In this document: piece by piece, positions 23,597-35,335 of the stretch | Layout of the letters: the number at the start of each line of letters is the position of its first letter | How positions within the stretch are numbered: position 1 is the first letter of the stretch | Assembly: GCA_965178125.1 (NCBI GenBank) | Contig: OZ237758.1 | Coordinates: forward strand, 248,001 to 312,000 | Length of the DNA stretch: 64,000 nucleotides | DNA from: Bilabrum cf. latius | Taxonomy: Eukaryota | Direction: 5' to 3' | Program-made: the position numbers and the translations under genes | The notes under the pieces: generated by a model | Databases searched by the model: none | Told to the model about the DNA's origin: nothing | The model's input: only the letters and a program-made list of their open reading frames with translations

Positions 23597-26500
23597 ACAC
23601 TGAGCGGCGCGAGCTGCACCAGCATCTCTGCATTGTGCTGTTTGGTTTTGCTTGTGTGGCGCTCGCTGCCTGGGCTCCCTTCGTTGACCTTGTCCGCCTT
23701 GGGCGTGGGTCAGCGGGGAGGACTGAGCGGCGCGAGCTGCGCCAGCATCTCTGCATTTGTGCTGTTTGGTTTTGCTTGTGCGGCGCCCGCTGCCTGGTCT
23801 CCCTTCGTTGACCTTGTCCGCCTTGGGCGTGGGTCAGCGGGGAGGACTGAGCGGCGCGAGCTGCACCAGCATCTCTGCATTTGTGCTGTTTGGTTTTGCT
23901 TGTGCGGCGCTCGCTGCCTGGGCTTCCTTCGTTGACCTTGTCCGCCTTGGGCGTGGGTCAGCGGGGAGGACTGAGCGGCGCGAGCTGCACCAGCATCTCT
24001 GCATTTGTGCTGTTTGGTTTTGCTTGTGTGGCGCTCGCTGCCTGGGCTTCCTTTGTTGACCTTGTCCGCCTTGGGCGTGGGTCAGCGGGGAGGACTGAGC
24101 GGCGTGAGCTGCACCAGCATCTCTGCATTGTGCTGTTTGGTTTTGCTTGTGCGGCGCTCGCTGCCTGGGCTTCCTTCGTTGACCTTGTCCGCCTTGGGCG
24201 TGGGTCAGCGGGGAGGACTGAGCGGCGCGAGCTGCACCAGCATCTCTGCATTTGTGCTGTTTGGTTTTGCTTGTGCGGCGCTCGCTGCCTGGTCTCCCTT
24301 CGTTGACCTTGTCCGCCTTGGGCGTGGGTCAGCGGGGAGGACTGAGCGGCGCGAGCTGCGCCAGCATCTCTGCATTGTGCTGTTTGGTTTTGCTTGTGCG
24401 GCGCTCGCTGCCTGGGCTTCCTTCGTTGACCTTGTCCGCCTTGGGCGTGGGTCAGCGTAGAGGACTAAGCGGCGCGAGCTGCACCAGCATCTCTGCATTT
24501 GTGCTGTTTGGTTTTGCTTGTGCGGCGCTCGCTGCCTGGGCTTCCTTCGTTGACCTTGTCCGCCTTGGGCGTGGGTCAGCGGGGAGGACTGAGCGGCGCG
24601 AGCTGCGCCAGCATCTCTGCATTTGTGCTGTTTGGTTTTGCTTGTGCGGCGCTCGCTGCCTGGGCTTCCTTCGTTGACCTTGTCCGCCTTGGGCGTGGGT
24701 CAGCGGGGAGGACTGAGCGGCGCGAGCTGCACCAGCATCTCTGCATTGTTGCTGTTTGGGCTGGCTTGTGTGGTACTCGCTGCCTGGGCTTCCTTCGTTG
24801 ACCTTGTCCGCCTTGGGCGTGGGTCAGCGGGGAGGACTGCGCGGCGCGAGCTGCACCAGCATCTCTGCATTTGTGCTGTTTGGTTTTGCTTGTGCGGCGC
24901 TCGCTGCCTGGGCTTCCTTCGTTGACCTTGTCCGCCTTGGGCGTGGGTCAGCGGGGAGGACTGAGCGGCGCGAGCTGCACCAGCATCTCTGCATTGTGCT
25001 GTTTGGTTTTGCTTGTGCGGCACTCGCTGCCTGGGCTTCCTTCGTTGACCTTGTCCGCCTTGGGCGTGGGTCAGCGGGGAGGACTGAGCGGCGCGAGCTG
25101 CACCAGCATCTCTGCATTTGTGCTGTTTGGTTTTGCTTGTGTGGCGCTCGCTGCCTGGGCTCCCTTCGTTGACCTTGTCCGCCTTGGGCGTGGGTCAGCG
25201 GGGAGGACTGAGCGGCGCGAGCTGCACCAGCATCTCTGCATTTGTGCTGTTTGGTTTTGCTTGTGCGGCGCTCGCTGCCTGGGCTTCCTTCGTTGACCTT
25301 GTCCGCCTTGGGCGTGGGTCAGCGGGGAGGACTGAGCGGCGCGAGCTGCACCAGCATCTCTGCATTGTGCTGTTTGGTTTTGCTTGTGCGGCGCCCGCTG
25401 CCTGGGCTTCCTTCGTTGACCTTGTCCGCCTTGGGCGTGGGTCAGCGGGGAGGACTGAGCGGCGCGAGCTGCACCAGCATCTCTGCATTGTTGCTGTTTG
25501 GGCTGGCTTGTGCGGCGCTCGCTGCCTGGTCTCCCTTCGTTGACCTTGTCCGCCTTGGGCGTGGGTCAGCGGGGAGGACTGAGCGGCGCGAGCTGCACCA
25601 GCATCTCTGCATTGTTGCTGTTTGGTTTTGCTTGTGCGGCGCTCGCTGCCTGGGCTTCCTTCGTTGACCTTGTCCGCCTTGGGCGTGGGTCAGCGGGGAG
25701 GACTGAGCGGCGCGAGCTGCACCAGCATCTCTGCATTGTGCTGTTTGGTTTTGCTTGTGCGGCGCTCGCTGCCTGGGCTTCCTTCGTTGACCTTGTCCGC
25801 CTTGGGCGTGGGTCAGCGGGGAGGACTGAGCGGCGCGAGCTGCGCCAGCATCTCTGCATTGTGCTGTTTGGTTTTGCTTGTGCGGCGCTCGCTGCCTGGT
25901 CTCCCTTCGTTGACCTTGTCCGCCTTGGGCGTGGGTCAGCGGGGAGGACTGAGCGGCGCGAGCTGCACCAGCATCTCTGCATTGTGCTGTTTGGTTTTGC
26001 TTGTGCGGCGCTCGCTGCCTGGGCTTCCTTCGTTGACCTTGTCCGCCTTGGGCGTGGGTCAGCGGGGAGGACTGAGCGGCGCGAGCTGCACCAGCATCTC
26101 TGCATTTGTGCTGTTTGGTTTTGCTTGTGCGGCGCTCGCTGCCTGGGCTTCCTTCGTTGACCTTGTCCGCCTTGGGCGTGGGTCAGCGGGGAGGACTGAG
26201 CGGCGCGAGCTGCACCAGCATCTCTGCATTGTGCTGTCTGGTTTTGCTTGTGTGGCGCTCGCTGCCTGGTCTCCCTTCGTTGACCTTGTCCGCCTTGGGC
26301 GTGGGTCAGCGGGGAGGACTGAGCGGCGCGAGCTGCACCAGCATCTCTGCATTGTGCTGTTTGGTTTTGCTTGTGCGGCGCTCGCTGCCTGGGCTTCCTT
26401 CGTTGACCTTGTCCGCCTTGGGCGTGGGTCAGCGGGGAGGACTGAGCGGCGCGAGCTGCACCAGCATCTCGGCATTTGTGCTGTTTGGTTTTGCTTGTGC

Positions 26501-28563
26501 GGCGCCCGCTGCCTGGGCTTCCTTCGTTGACCTTGTCCGCCTTGGGCGTGGGTCAGCGGGGAGGACTGAGCGGCGCGAGCTGCACCAGCATCTCTGCATT
26601 TGTGCTGTTTGGGCTGGCTTGTGCGGCACTCGCTGCCTGGGCTTCCTTCGTTGACCTTGTCCGCCTTGGGCGTGGGTCAGCGGGGAGGACTGAGCGGCGC
26701 GAGCTGCACCAGCATCTCTGCATTGTGCTGTTTGGTTTTGCTTGTGCGGCGCTCGCTGCCTGGGCTTCCTTCGTTGACCTTGTCCGCCTTGGGCGTGGGT
26801 CAGCGGGGAGGACTGAGCGGCGCGAGCTGCACCAGCATCTCTGCATTGTGCTGTTTGGTTTTGCTTGTGCGGCGCTCGCTGCCTGGGCTTCCTTCGTTGA
26901 CCTTGTCCGCCTTGGGCGTGGGTCAGCGGGGAGGACTGAGCGGCGCGAGCTGCACCAGCATCTCTGCATTGTGCTGTTTGGTTTTGCTTGTGCGGCGCTC
27001 GCTGCCTGGGCTTCCTTCGTTGACCTTGTCCGCCTTGGGCGTGGGTCAGCGGGGAGGACTGAGCGGCGCGAGCTGCACCAGCATCTCTGCATTGTGCTGT
27101 TTGGTTTTGCTTGTGCGGCGCTCGCTGCCTGGGCTTCCTTCGTTGACCTTGTCCGCCTTGGGCGTGGGTCAGCGGGGAGGACTGAGCGGCGCGAGCTGCA
27201 CCAGCATCTCTGCATTGTGCTGTTTGGTTTTGCTTGTGCGGCGCCCGCTGCCTGGGCTTCCTTCGTTGACCTTGTCCGCCTTGGGCGTGGGTCAGCGGGG
27301 AGGACTGAGCGGCGCGAGCTGCGCCAGCATCTCTGCATTGTGCTGTTTGGTTTTGCTTGTGCGGCGCTCGCTGCCTGGGCTTCCTTCGTTGACCTTGTCC
27401 GCCTTGGGCGTGGGTCAGCGGGGAGGACTGAGCGGCGCGAGCTGCACCAGCATCTCTGCACTGTGCTGTTTGGTTTTGCTTGTGCGGCGCTCGCTGCCTG
27501 GGCTTCCTTCGTTGACCTTGTCCGCCTTGGGCGTGGGTCAGCGGGGAGGACTGAGCGGCGCGAGCTGCACCAGCATCTCTGCATTTGTGCTGTTTGGTTT
27601 TGCTTGTGCGGCGCTCGCTGCCTGGTCTCCCTTCGTTGACCTTGTCCGCCTTGGGCGTGGGTCAGCGGGGAGGACTGAGCGGCGCGAGCTGCACCAGCAT
27701 CTCTGCATTTGTGCTGTTTGGGCTGGCGTGTGCGGCGCTCGCTGCCTGGGCTCCCTTCGTTGACCTTGTCCGCCTTGGGCGTGGGTCAGCGGGGAGGGCT
27801 GAGCGGCGCGAGCTGCACCAGCATCTCTGCATTGTGCTGTTTGGTTTTGCTTGTGCGGCGCTCGCTGCCTGGGCTTCCTTCGTTGACCTTGTCCGCCTTG
27901 GGCGTGGGTCAGCGGGGAGGACTGAGCGGCGCGAGCTGCACCAGCATCTCTGCATTGTGCTGTTTGGTTTTGCTTGTGCGGCGCCCGCTGCCTGGGCTTC
28001 CTTCGTTGACCTTGTCCGCCTTGGGCGTGGGTCAGCGGGGAGGACTGAGCGGCGCGAGCTGCACCAGCATCTCGGCATTGTGCTGTTTGGTTTTGCTTGT
28101 GCGGCGCCCGCTGCCTGGGCTTCCTTCGTTGACCTTGTCCGCCTTGGGCGTGGGTCAGCGGGGAGGACTGAGCGGCGCGAGCTGCGCCAGCATCTCTGCA
28201 TTTGTGCTGTTTGGTTTTGCTTGTGCGGCGCTCGCTGCCTGGGCTTCCTTCGTTGACCTTGTCCGCCTTGGGCGTGGGTCAGCGGGGAGGACTGCGCGGC
28301 GCGAGCTGCACCAGCATCTCTGCATTGTGCTGTTTGGTTTTGCTTGTGCGGCGCCCGCTGCCTGGGCTTCCTTCGTTGACCTTGTCCGCCTTGGGCGTGG
28401 GTCAGCGGGGAGGACTGAGCGGCGCGAGCTGCACCAGCATCTCTGCATTGTGCTGTTTGGTTTTGCTTGTGCGGCGCTCGCTGCCTGGGCTTCCTTCGTT
28501 GACCTTGTCCGCCTTGGGCGTGGGTCAGCGGGGAGGACTGAGCGGCGCGAGCTGCACCAGCAT
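23597..28563. repeat. Satellite with 123/124-bp unit, about 40 copies
   Basis: Unit ACTGAGCGGCGCGAGCTGCACCAGCATCTCTGCAT(T)TGTGCTG...GGGTCAGCGGGGAGG repeated head-to-tail with few variants. Confidence 0.97.
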
Positions 28564-28758
28564 GCATTCTCTGCTCTGTTGTAAAAGGGGAATGGACTGC
28601 ATGACCCGCTTGATTTTGATTTTGATTTCTATTATTGATATGCATCCTTTTATATTCATGTGGAGGTGCCATCTTGCATCTGTGGGATTTGGCACCCTAC
28701 ATGGGCCTCTTCCTAGCAATGGATGGACTGGCAATGCCAGGGGCTATTTCTGGGCCAA

Positions 28759-29098
28759 TGGGTGTCCCTGCGGCGGTTCGATGGGCGAACCACCAAGGGG
28801 GGGCCCAGTGTTGTTCCCTGACCAAGTGGTAGGCCGTCCCCAAAGTGGCGTGAATGGTCCGATCCACCTACCCAGCGGCCAGGGCAACACCAGCCAATAC
28901 CACAGCGCCACGGAAGGAGGAGAGAAGTAGGAGAATGACGACGACGTGCGACTGATACCGAGAACGAGGCGAGGCGAGCAGGAGACGAGAGCGAGGATGA
29001 ACGGAGCACGGTCACGCGAGCCGGAGGGCAAGCGTGGCCGAGATGAGGGATGATTGCTACTAGTGACTGTGTCGGACGTAACCAGATAAGCGCCATCA
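28759..29098. repeat. Repeat A, copy 1 (340 bp)
   Basis: Appears identical to 30844-31183. Confidence 0.9.
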
Positions 29099-29248
29099 TG
29101 TGCCATTGGTATACTACTAGTTCCGGGATAAGAGCTCCAAGACCAGTGATAGCGTGCCAATACTGGTATACGATCCGCGCACCACGAACGCGAAGAAGCG
29201 AGCATCACGAGTGGAATCCGAGAAGAAAGGAGAACAGAGAAAAATTTC
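29098..29248. repeat. Repeat B, copy 2, abutting repeat A
   Basis: Matches 23174-23324; shares 1 base with the end of A. Confidence 0.9.
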
Positions 29249-29682
29249 AAAAAATTCGATTCTCATGCGAGACCTCCTCCCCCCATGAAGTCCTGGGGGG
29301 CAGGGGGGGGAGAAGGGACGAGAGCGAGAGGCCAGCGTGACAGACGCGGTGGGACTTGGGCGCAGGACATGCGCGAGATACGACGGGCCATCTAGAGGAA
29401 ACCGACGAGTCAGGCCACCTGACTGCTGCCTTTCGATAGGCTGATAATTGGGAGCAATAGCGAAGTTATCCGGACGTGGCCCAAGTCTGGGCCAGGCAGC
29501 AAGTAAGTAGCAGGTACCCGCGATGACGCAGCGAGCACGAGCGCAGCGGGGTCCAACAATGGGAACTAACCTCTCCCCTGCCCCCACTACCTATGTAACC
29601 AACCCCTTCCACATCTCGCAAAATAGCGAGGCAGATTGTGCATTATCAGCTGACCAGGATCAGACGGGGACGAGGGCCGAGA

Positions 29683-30178
29683 CGTTGCGGACGGCAACGG
29701 AGCAGGGCCAGTAGGACCGTGCAGGAATGGATATCCAGGATTGCACGGACCCGCCGGTGAGGCAGGGAGCCTCCACCCTTCGTCATCAGCCAGGGTGTGA
29801 CTACGTAGTCACCCCTGGTGCTTGTACTTCACTGTTCAGCACGGGTTTGCAAGCGGATGGCGTAGGGGGCCAGGGACTAGGCTTGAGTCCCCGTGGGACC
29901 ATGATGTGGGAACCAAAACATCATTCAAGAACAGGTTCCGGTGACCCGGGTCTGACTCCGTTAGGCGGAGCTGTCGTCGAGTCGTTGCGGAGGGCAACGG
30001 AACAGGGCCAGTAGGACCGTGCAGGAATGGCCATCCAGGATCGCACGGAGCTGCTGGTGAGGCAGGGAGCCTCCATCCTTCGTCATCAGCCAGGGTGTGA
30101 CTCCGTGGTCACCCCTGGTGCTTGTACTTCACTGTTCAGCACGGGTTTGCAAGCGGATGGCGTAGGGGGCCAGGGACT
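29683..30178. repeat. Two diverged ~195-bp direct repeats at 300-bp spacing
   Basis: CAGGGCCAGTAGGACCGTGCAGGAATGG...GGCGTAGGGGGCCAGGGACT at ~29683-29878 and ~29983-30178. Confidence 0.85.
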
Positions 30179-30843
30179 GGCTGAGTCATGTGAGCGTGGG
30201 ATACGGATAGGGGTCGGGGACCTGAAGTCCGAACTTCAGGCGACCGGCGACACACCAAGCGTGCGTCACCCTATTCGCCCGGTAGCGGCACAGCGTGGAA
30301 CTGCAATGTGGCAAGTGAGGACCTGTTGATCTTGACCACGGGACTGGAAGCATAGGTGTGGTCCGTGCCGCAAAATCCCCCATAGTGGAGCACCTTGTGG
30401 AAGGAAGTAGGAAAGCGCTGGCGGCAGGCACAGGGCACTCTCGTCCGTTGGATGGCTCCGTAGCCGAAGGGGGACGAGGTGGACCTGCACAGCCGAGAGG
30501 AGAGCCTGGATCTCGGACCGACCTTGGGACAGTCGCACCGGCGACACCCACCGAGAGAGCGGGGCGTTCCAGCACAGCGAATCGCTCGGGCGAGGACGCC
30601 CGTTTGCTGCAAGAGACACCGAAAGGCGTGGACGGCAGCCGGACCTCGGATCCTCACGAAGGGTAAGGCAAGGGTTGCCTGAATAGGAGCGAGCCGGATT
30701 GCGACTGTGATGGGCAGTGGACGAGCATACAGGACCGCCCCGGGCGTGGTGGGCTGTGCGGGATGTGCGAGTCGACATGCCTATCTCGATCGAGAAAACT
30801 TCTTTTCTTTTTGCGTGGATGCCCCTCCTAGGCGGAGGCGGCG

Positions 30844-31183
30844 TGGGTGTCCCTGCGGCGGTTCGATGGGCGAACCACCAAGGGGGGGCCCAGTGTTGTT
30901 CCCTGACCAAGTGGTAGGCCGTCCCCAAAGTGGCGTGAATGGTCCGATCCACCTACCCAGCGGCCAGGGCAACACCAGCCAATACCACAGCGCCACGGAA
31001 GGAGGAGAGAAGTAGGAGAATGACGACGACGTGCGACTGATACCGAGAACGAGGCGAGGCGAGCAGGAGACGAGAGCGAGGATGAACGGAGCACGGTCAC
31101 GCGAGCCGGAGGGCAAGCGTGGCCGAGATGAGGGATGATTGCTACTAGTGACTGTGTCGGACGTAACCAGATAAGCGCCATCA
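30844..31183. repeat. Repeat A, copy 2 (upstream of the endoglycoceramidase-like gene)
   Basis: Matches 28759-29098. Confidence 0.9.
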
Positions 31184-31294
31184 GTGAAGTGATCCGGCGA
31201 CGACAGCGTGCAGAAGGTTCTTCAAGGTTCTCCAAGCCAAAACCGGAAGCTTCCTAGCCATAGCAAAAAGACCCACAAAGTCAGAGCAAAGAAG

Positions 31295-33085
31295 ATGCTT
31301 TTGGCCCCATTTGTGTCCTCTTTGCTTCTGCTGGCAACGACTGCCGCGTCGCTCGAACCACTGATCGTGGATCCGTAGTCTGGTACGTTTATCGCAGCTG
31401 ACGGCCGGACCGCGGTACTTCGAGGCCTGAACGCCGTATTCAAGGAGCCGCCGTACTTACCGATCCAGACACACTTTCATTCGAAGCTATCACTGAGCGG
31501 TGAAGACTACGCGAACTTGCGAAAGTGGGGCTTCAACGTGCTGCGCATCGGCACGATGCTGGAGGCCGTCCTTCCCGACGCGCTCCACGGTGCCGTCAAC
31601 GAAACTTGGTTGCGAGCGTCCAGGCAGCTCGTGGACCGAATGGAAGAAAACGGTGTCTACGCACTGCTGGACGCCCACCAGGACGATTTCAACCGGCAGT
31701 TCTGCGGCGAGGGCTTTCCCCGCCAGATGACGGCTAATCGATCGCAGCTCGGCGAATACGCCTTCCCCTGGCCTTTGCCCTTCAACGTGACGATTGACCC
31801 CGCGGGGAACCCTAATTTGACGCAGTGTCTGCAGGAGGAGTTCATCCTGTGGTCGCTGAGCGCCGCGGTGCAGGCCAGCTGGGGGGGCCTCTACAACCAG
31901 AGCTCCAGGCCGCACGCGCTCTTTGCCAGGCACTGGGGGGCCGTGGCACAGCACTTCAACGACTCTGCTGGGGTGGTGGGCTATGAACTGCTCAAGTGAG
32001 AGACAGAGAGACAGACAGAAGCGCTTGCTCCCAGCTGAGAGCTAATCACGTGACCTATGCTGCCTGCTGCCTGCCCGTATGGGTGGCACCTCAACACACA
32101 ACACCCCCTCTCTCTCCCCCGCCTCAAACACCTTCCGATTCCACTCCGCAGCGAACCGCTCCCTGGAGACGCCTTTAAGACCCCTTTGCTTTACCTGGAG
32201 GAGGGCAAGGCGGACAGGGAGAACCTCCTGCCGCTTTACTAGGCAGCGCACGCCGCCATACGGGCATGGGACAACGAGCACGTAGTGCTGTACGAGCCCG
32301 CCGTGCTGGAGCCGCAGATCCTCCAGAGCACGGGGTTCCCCAGCGGGGGCGTGGCGGGTCCGGGCAGGGAACAAGACAGGCAGGCGTTCGCCTTCCACAT
32401 GTACTGCGCCAACCAGAACGCTTCGGGGGACGTGACGAGTGTGCCCGTGTGTGACGACTACCTGGACCTGGTGTGGGGCACCACCAACACTAGCTTAGAC
32501 CGAGTGGGCTCCCGCGCAGCGTTCCTGACGGAGTTCGGGGCGGTGGGCCCGCACGAGTCCTCGGCTCGAGCCATCGACCACGTGCTGGACCTCGCCGACA
32601 CGAGGCTGCTCTCTACGGCCTACTGGTCCTTCAAGGAGTACCATGACATCACCACCCAGAACCCTGCCACGGAGACGCTGTACAACGACGACGGCTCCCT
32701 GCAGACGATCAAGCTCCGGGCGCTCAGCCGTACCTACGCGCCCTTCATCGCGGCCCGGCCTGGCAGCGCCAGCATGCGCTTCAACGCGACGGACCCCTCC
32801 TCCCCCTTCGAGCTGTCGTACACCACGGGCAGCGGCCTGGGGAACACGTCCACGGAGGTGTTCCTCAACGCGGAGCTCAGGTACTCCCAGGGTGTGAGGT
32901 ATTCGCTAGAGCCCGAGGGGGCGGGCACCGTCGAGTACCCCGCGCATGGTGACCCGCACCGGCTGCGGGTGGACCACGCCGGCAAGGAGGGGGTGGACGT
33001 GACGCTGCGGGTGTGGCAGCAGACCGCTGCGCCTGTTCGAGCTGGCACGAAGCCGGCGATTTCCGGTTAGAGCTAGCTGAGGTGA
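31295..33085 (+). CDS. Secreted GH5 endoglycoceramidase-like hydrolase; intron 31996-32150; 4 TAGs
   Basis: Signal peptide. Motifs 'DGRTAVLRGLNAVFK', 'GFNVLRIG', 'LLDAHQD', 'GYELLNEP' (formed by splicing), 'FLTEFG' and 'LSRTYA'. TAGs at 31376, 32240, 33068 and 33074. TGA at 33083-33085. Confidence 0.88.
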
Positions 33086-33471
33086 CGGATCGCAGCAGTC
33101 GGGGATGGACTGCAGGGTCTGTCGTCTCCAGGCTAGGGTATTACGAAAATGGAAATAGCAAACAGTCAACTGTGCATATACTGCGATGCAGTCTTACAAA
33201 ACGAACTGCAATTCTGACAAAACGAACTGCAACTTGAAGCAAGCATACGGGAGCGCAATAGTCCGACTCACAGGCAGGAGCGACCCGAGGCATGGGAACG
33301 CAGCGAACCGATGCTCCTAATGCCGTTCTTGGCTCTAAAATGAAGCACCAAACATGTAGAACGAGCATACAATTCTGAATCAAGCAGAACCAGCGGCCCG
33401 GGGCGGACGCCGGACGTCTGCCAGCGATTTGGCACAGCGCCGGCAGCCATCCCCACACCACGTTGCATGTG

Positions 33472-35204
33472 TCAGCCCTAACCACCTGCAACCGCACCCA
33501 GCGCCACCTCCATAATCACAGTTGCAAAACCGGGGATGGTCCACTCGTCACCAGCAGCAGCCAGCTGCCTCACCCGCGTGGGCACTGCCCCGGCCCACGG
33601 GAACGGAGCATCGGCATCGGGCAGCGGGCCGTACCCGCCGGGTTGCTCCGGGCTCCACAAGTACGAGACCAGCCGGGCACTGGCGCCCTGCGGCAATCCC
33701 TCCACCCGCACCGCAATCGTTTCGTTGCAGCGGTTGAGCGCTGCCACGGTGCTCGCCCATCCCTCCACACCGGCGAGCACCTGCTCCGCGCTCGCCCCCT
33801 CGCCCCCCATCGCAATGGTCTGCAGGCAGGGCAGGCGCCCGGCGCGAAGCAGAGACACGGGCAGGGCAGCCGAGGCACGTCGGTTGTCGTCGGCGCTGCC
33901 GCCCTAGTCCTGCCCTGGGCTGCGGCCCGCGCTCCAGACCCAGCAGCGCGGACCCCCGCGTCATCGGGGCGCTGCGTCGCGTTCCACACCGAGGCGGCGT
34001 GGTTGATGACCCGGTCCGCGAAGTGAGCGAGCACCTGCCCCGTGCCGTCCACCTCGAGCACACCCGTCCCACTAGCAGTCCCGTTCGCCCAGCGCGTGAC
34101 GCCGGTGTCGAGGCCCCACCCCTGGCCGCCCTGGCAGTAGTACTGCAGCACGCCGAACAGCTCCGGCCGCAGCAGGGCGGCCAGCTGCCTCCCGACCACG
34201 TAGTGCGCCTTGAGACCGCCGTGGTTCACGAAGCGCGAGAAGTATTCGCTGCTGTGGAACACCTGCTCCAGGATCCCGAACTCGGTCATCCACACGGGGA
34301 GGCCGCGCGCGGCGTAGGGCCCGAGCACCTGCTCCGTGCTCGCCCCGATCGTCACCACGTGCGCCTCGCTCCACGCCGCGATGGCGTTCGCCCACTGCGA
34401 CGGGTCCATGCGGCGGAGATCACCAGGAAACAAGCCGTAGTCGTGCAGCGTGAAGGCATCCGCCGCGGCGAGCACGCCGGAGCGCACCATCCCGGTATTC
34501 CAAGGGCCCGAGGCATTCGCTCCGGGCGGCTAGAGGAAGTCGCCAGCCTGCATGATGACCGCGACCCGCGCACCAGGCACCAGCTCCTTGATGTCTCGAA
34601 TCGCCTGCGACGCCCGGGAGGCGTACACGCTGGCATTGGGCAGGAAGCAATCGTAGTCCTTCGCGATGTAGTACTCGTTGCCGAGCTCCCACCTCTGCGG
34701 CGCCTTCCTGCCCGACGACGCGGCTCCAGCCAGCACGGCACGGACGAGCGGTTTGACGTCCGCAAAGTGCATCACGTTCAGGTCGATCACCGGGAGCAGC
34801 TCCGCAGTGGCTCCGGCCACGCCCTTCAGAAACTGCGACACGTCGAACGTCCCAGCCGGGAGCGCAGACACGCGCTCCCCAACCTGGCACCACTCCTGCG
34901 ACCCAGCACAATCAGCCCTAGTGCACGGCGAGACTACAGTTGACGCCGATAAGTTCCAATAGTTGGAGCAGGCGCCTCCGGGAAAGCGCGTAAGTCCGTT
35001 GCGAAGGCTTGCCGTGGCCCCGACAACGCTGGCATTCGTCCATGGCACTTTCCCCAGGGTCCAATCGTCCCCAATGCCAACAATGGCTGGATTAGCCGGA
35101 TACACGCGGTCCGATGCAGGCCTGGTGGCGTCGATGACGACGGATGGGGTTGCGCAAGCGCCACAGCAAAGCGCAGCCGCTGCCGCCAACGGCAGCAATG
35201 CCAT
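33472..35204 (-). CDS. Secreted GH-A clan glycoside hydrolase (GH51/GH44/GH79-like); TAGs at 34530 and 33478; unresolved frame change ~33860-33960
   Basis: Signal peptide MALLPLAAAAALCC. Motifs 'TRFPGGACSNYWN', 'WELGNEYY', 'DAFTLHDY' and 'PVWMTEFG'. Ends TAG-GGC-TGA. Confidence 0.75.
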
Positions 35205-35335
35205 TCTGCTCGCTCCGAGCTGCAGCGTGGAGGAGGTCTTATTGCAGAGTTTCAAATTGACGGCACGTGGAAACACGCCACAGATCTTCTGGATACGTGG
35301 TCGCGGAGGATCTTGAAGATCCGGGTCGTTCGAAA

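Noticed and set aside
23597-28563. CRISPR array or repeat-protein gene
   Set aside because: No unique spacers, no cas genes, eukaryotic context, and 123/124-bp units shift frame.
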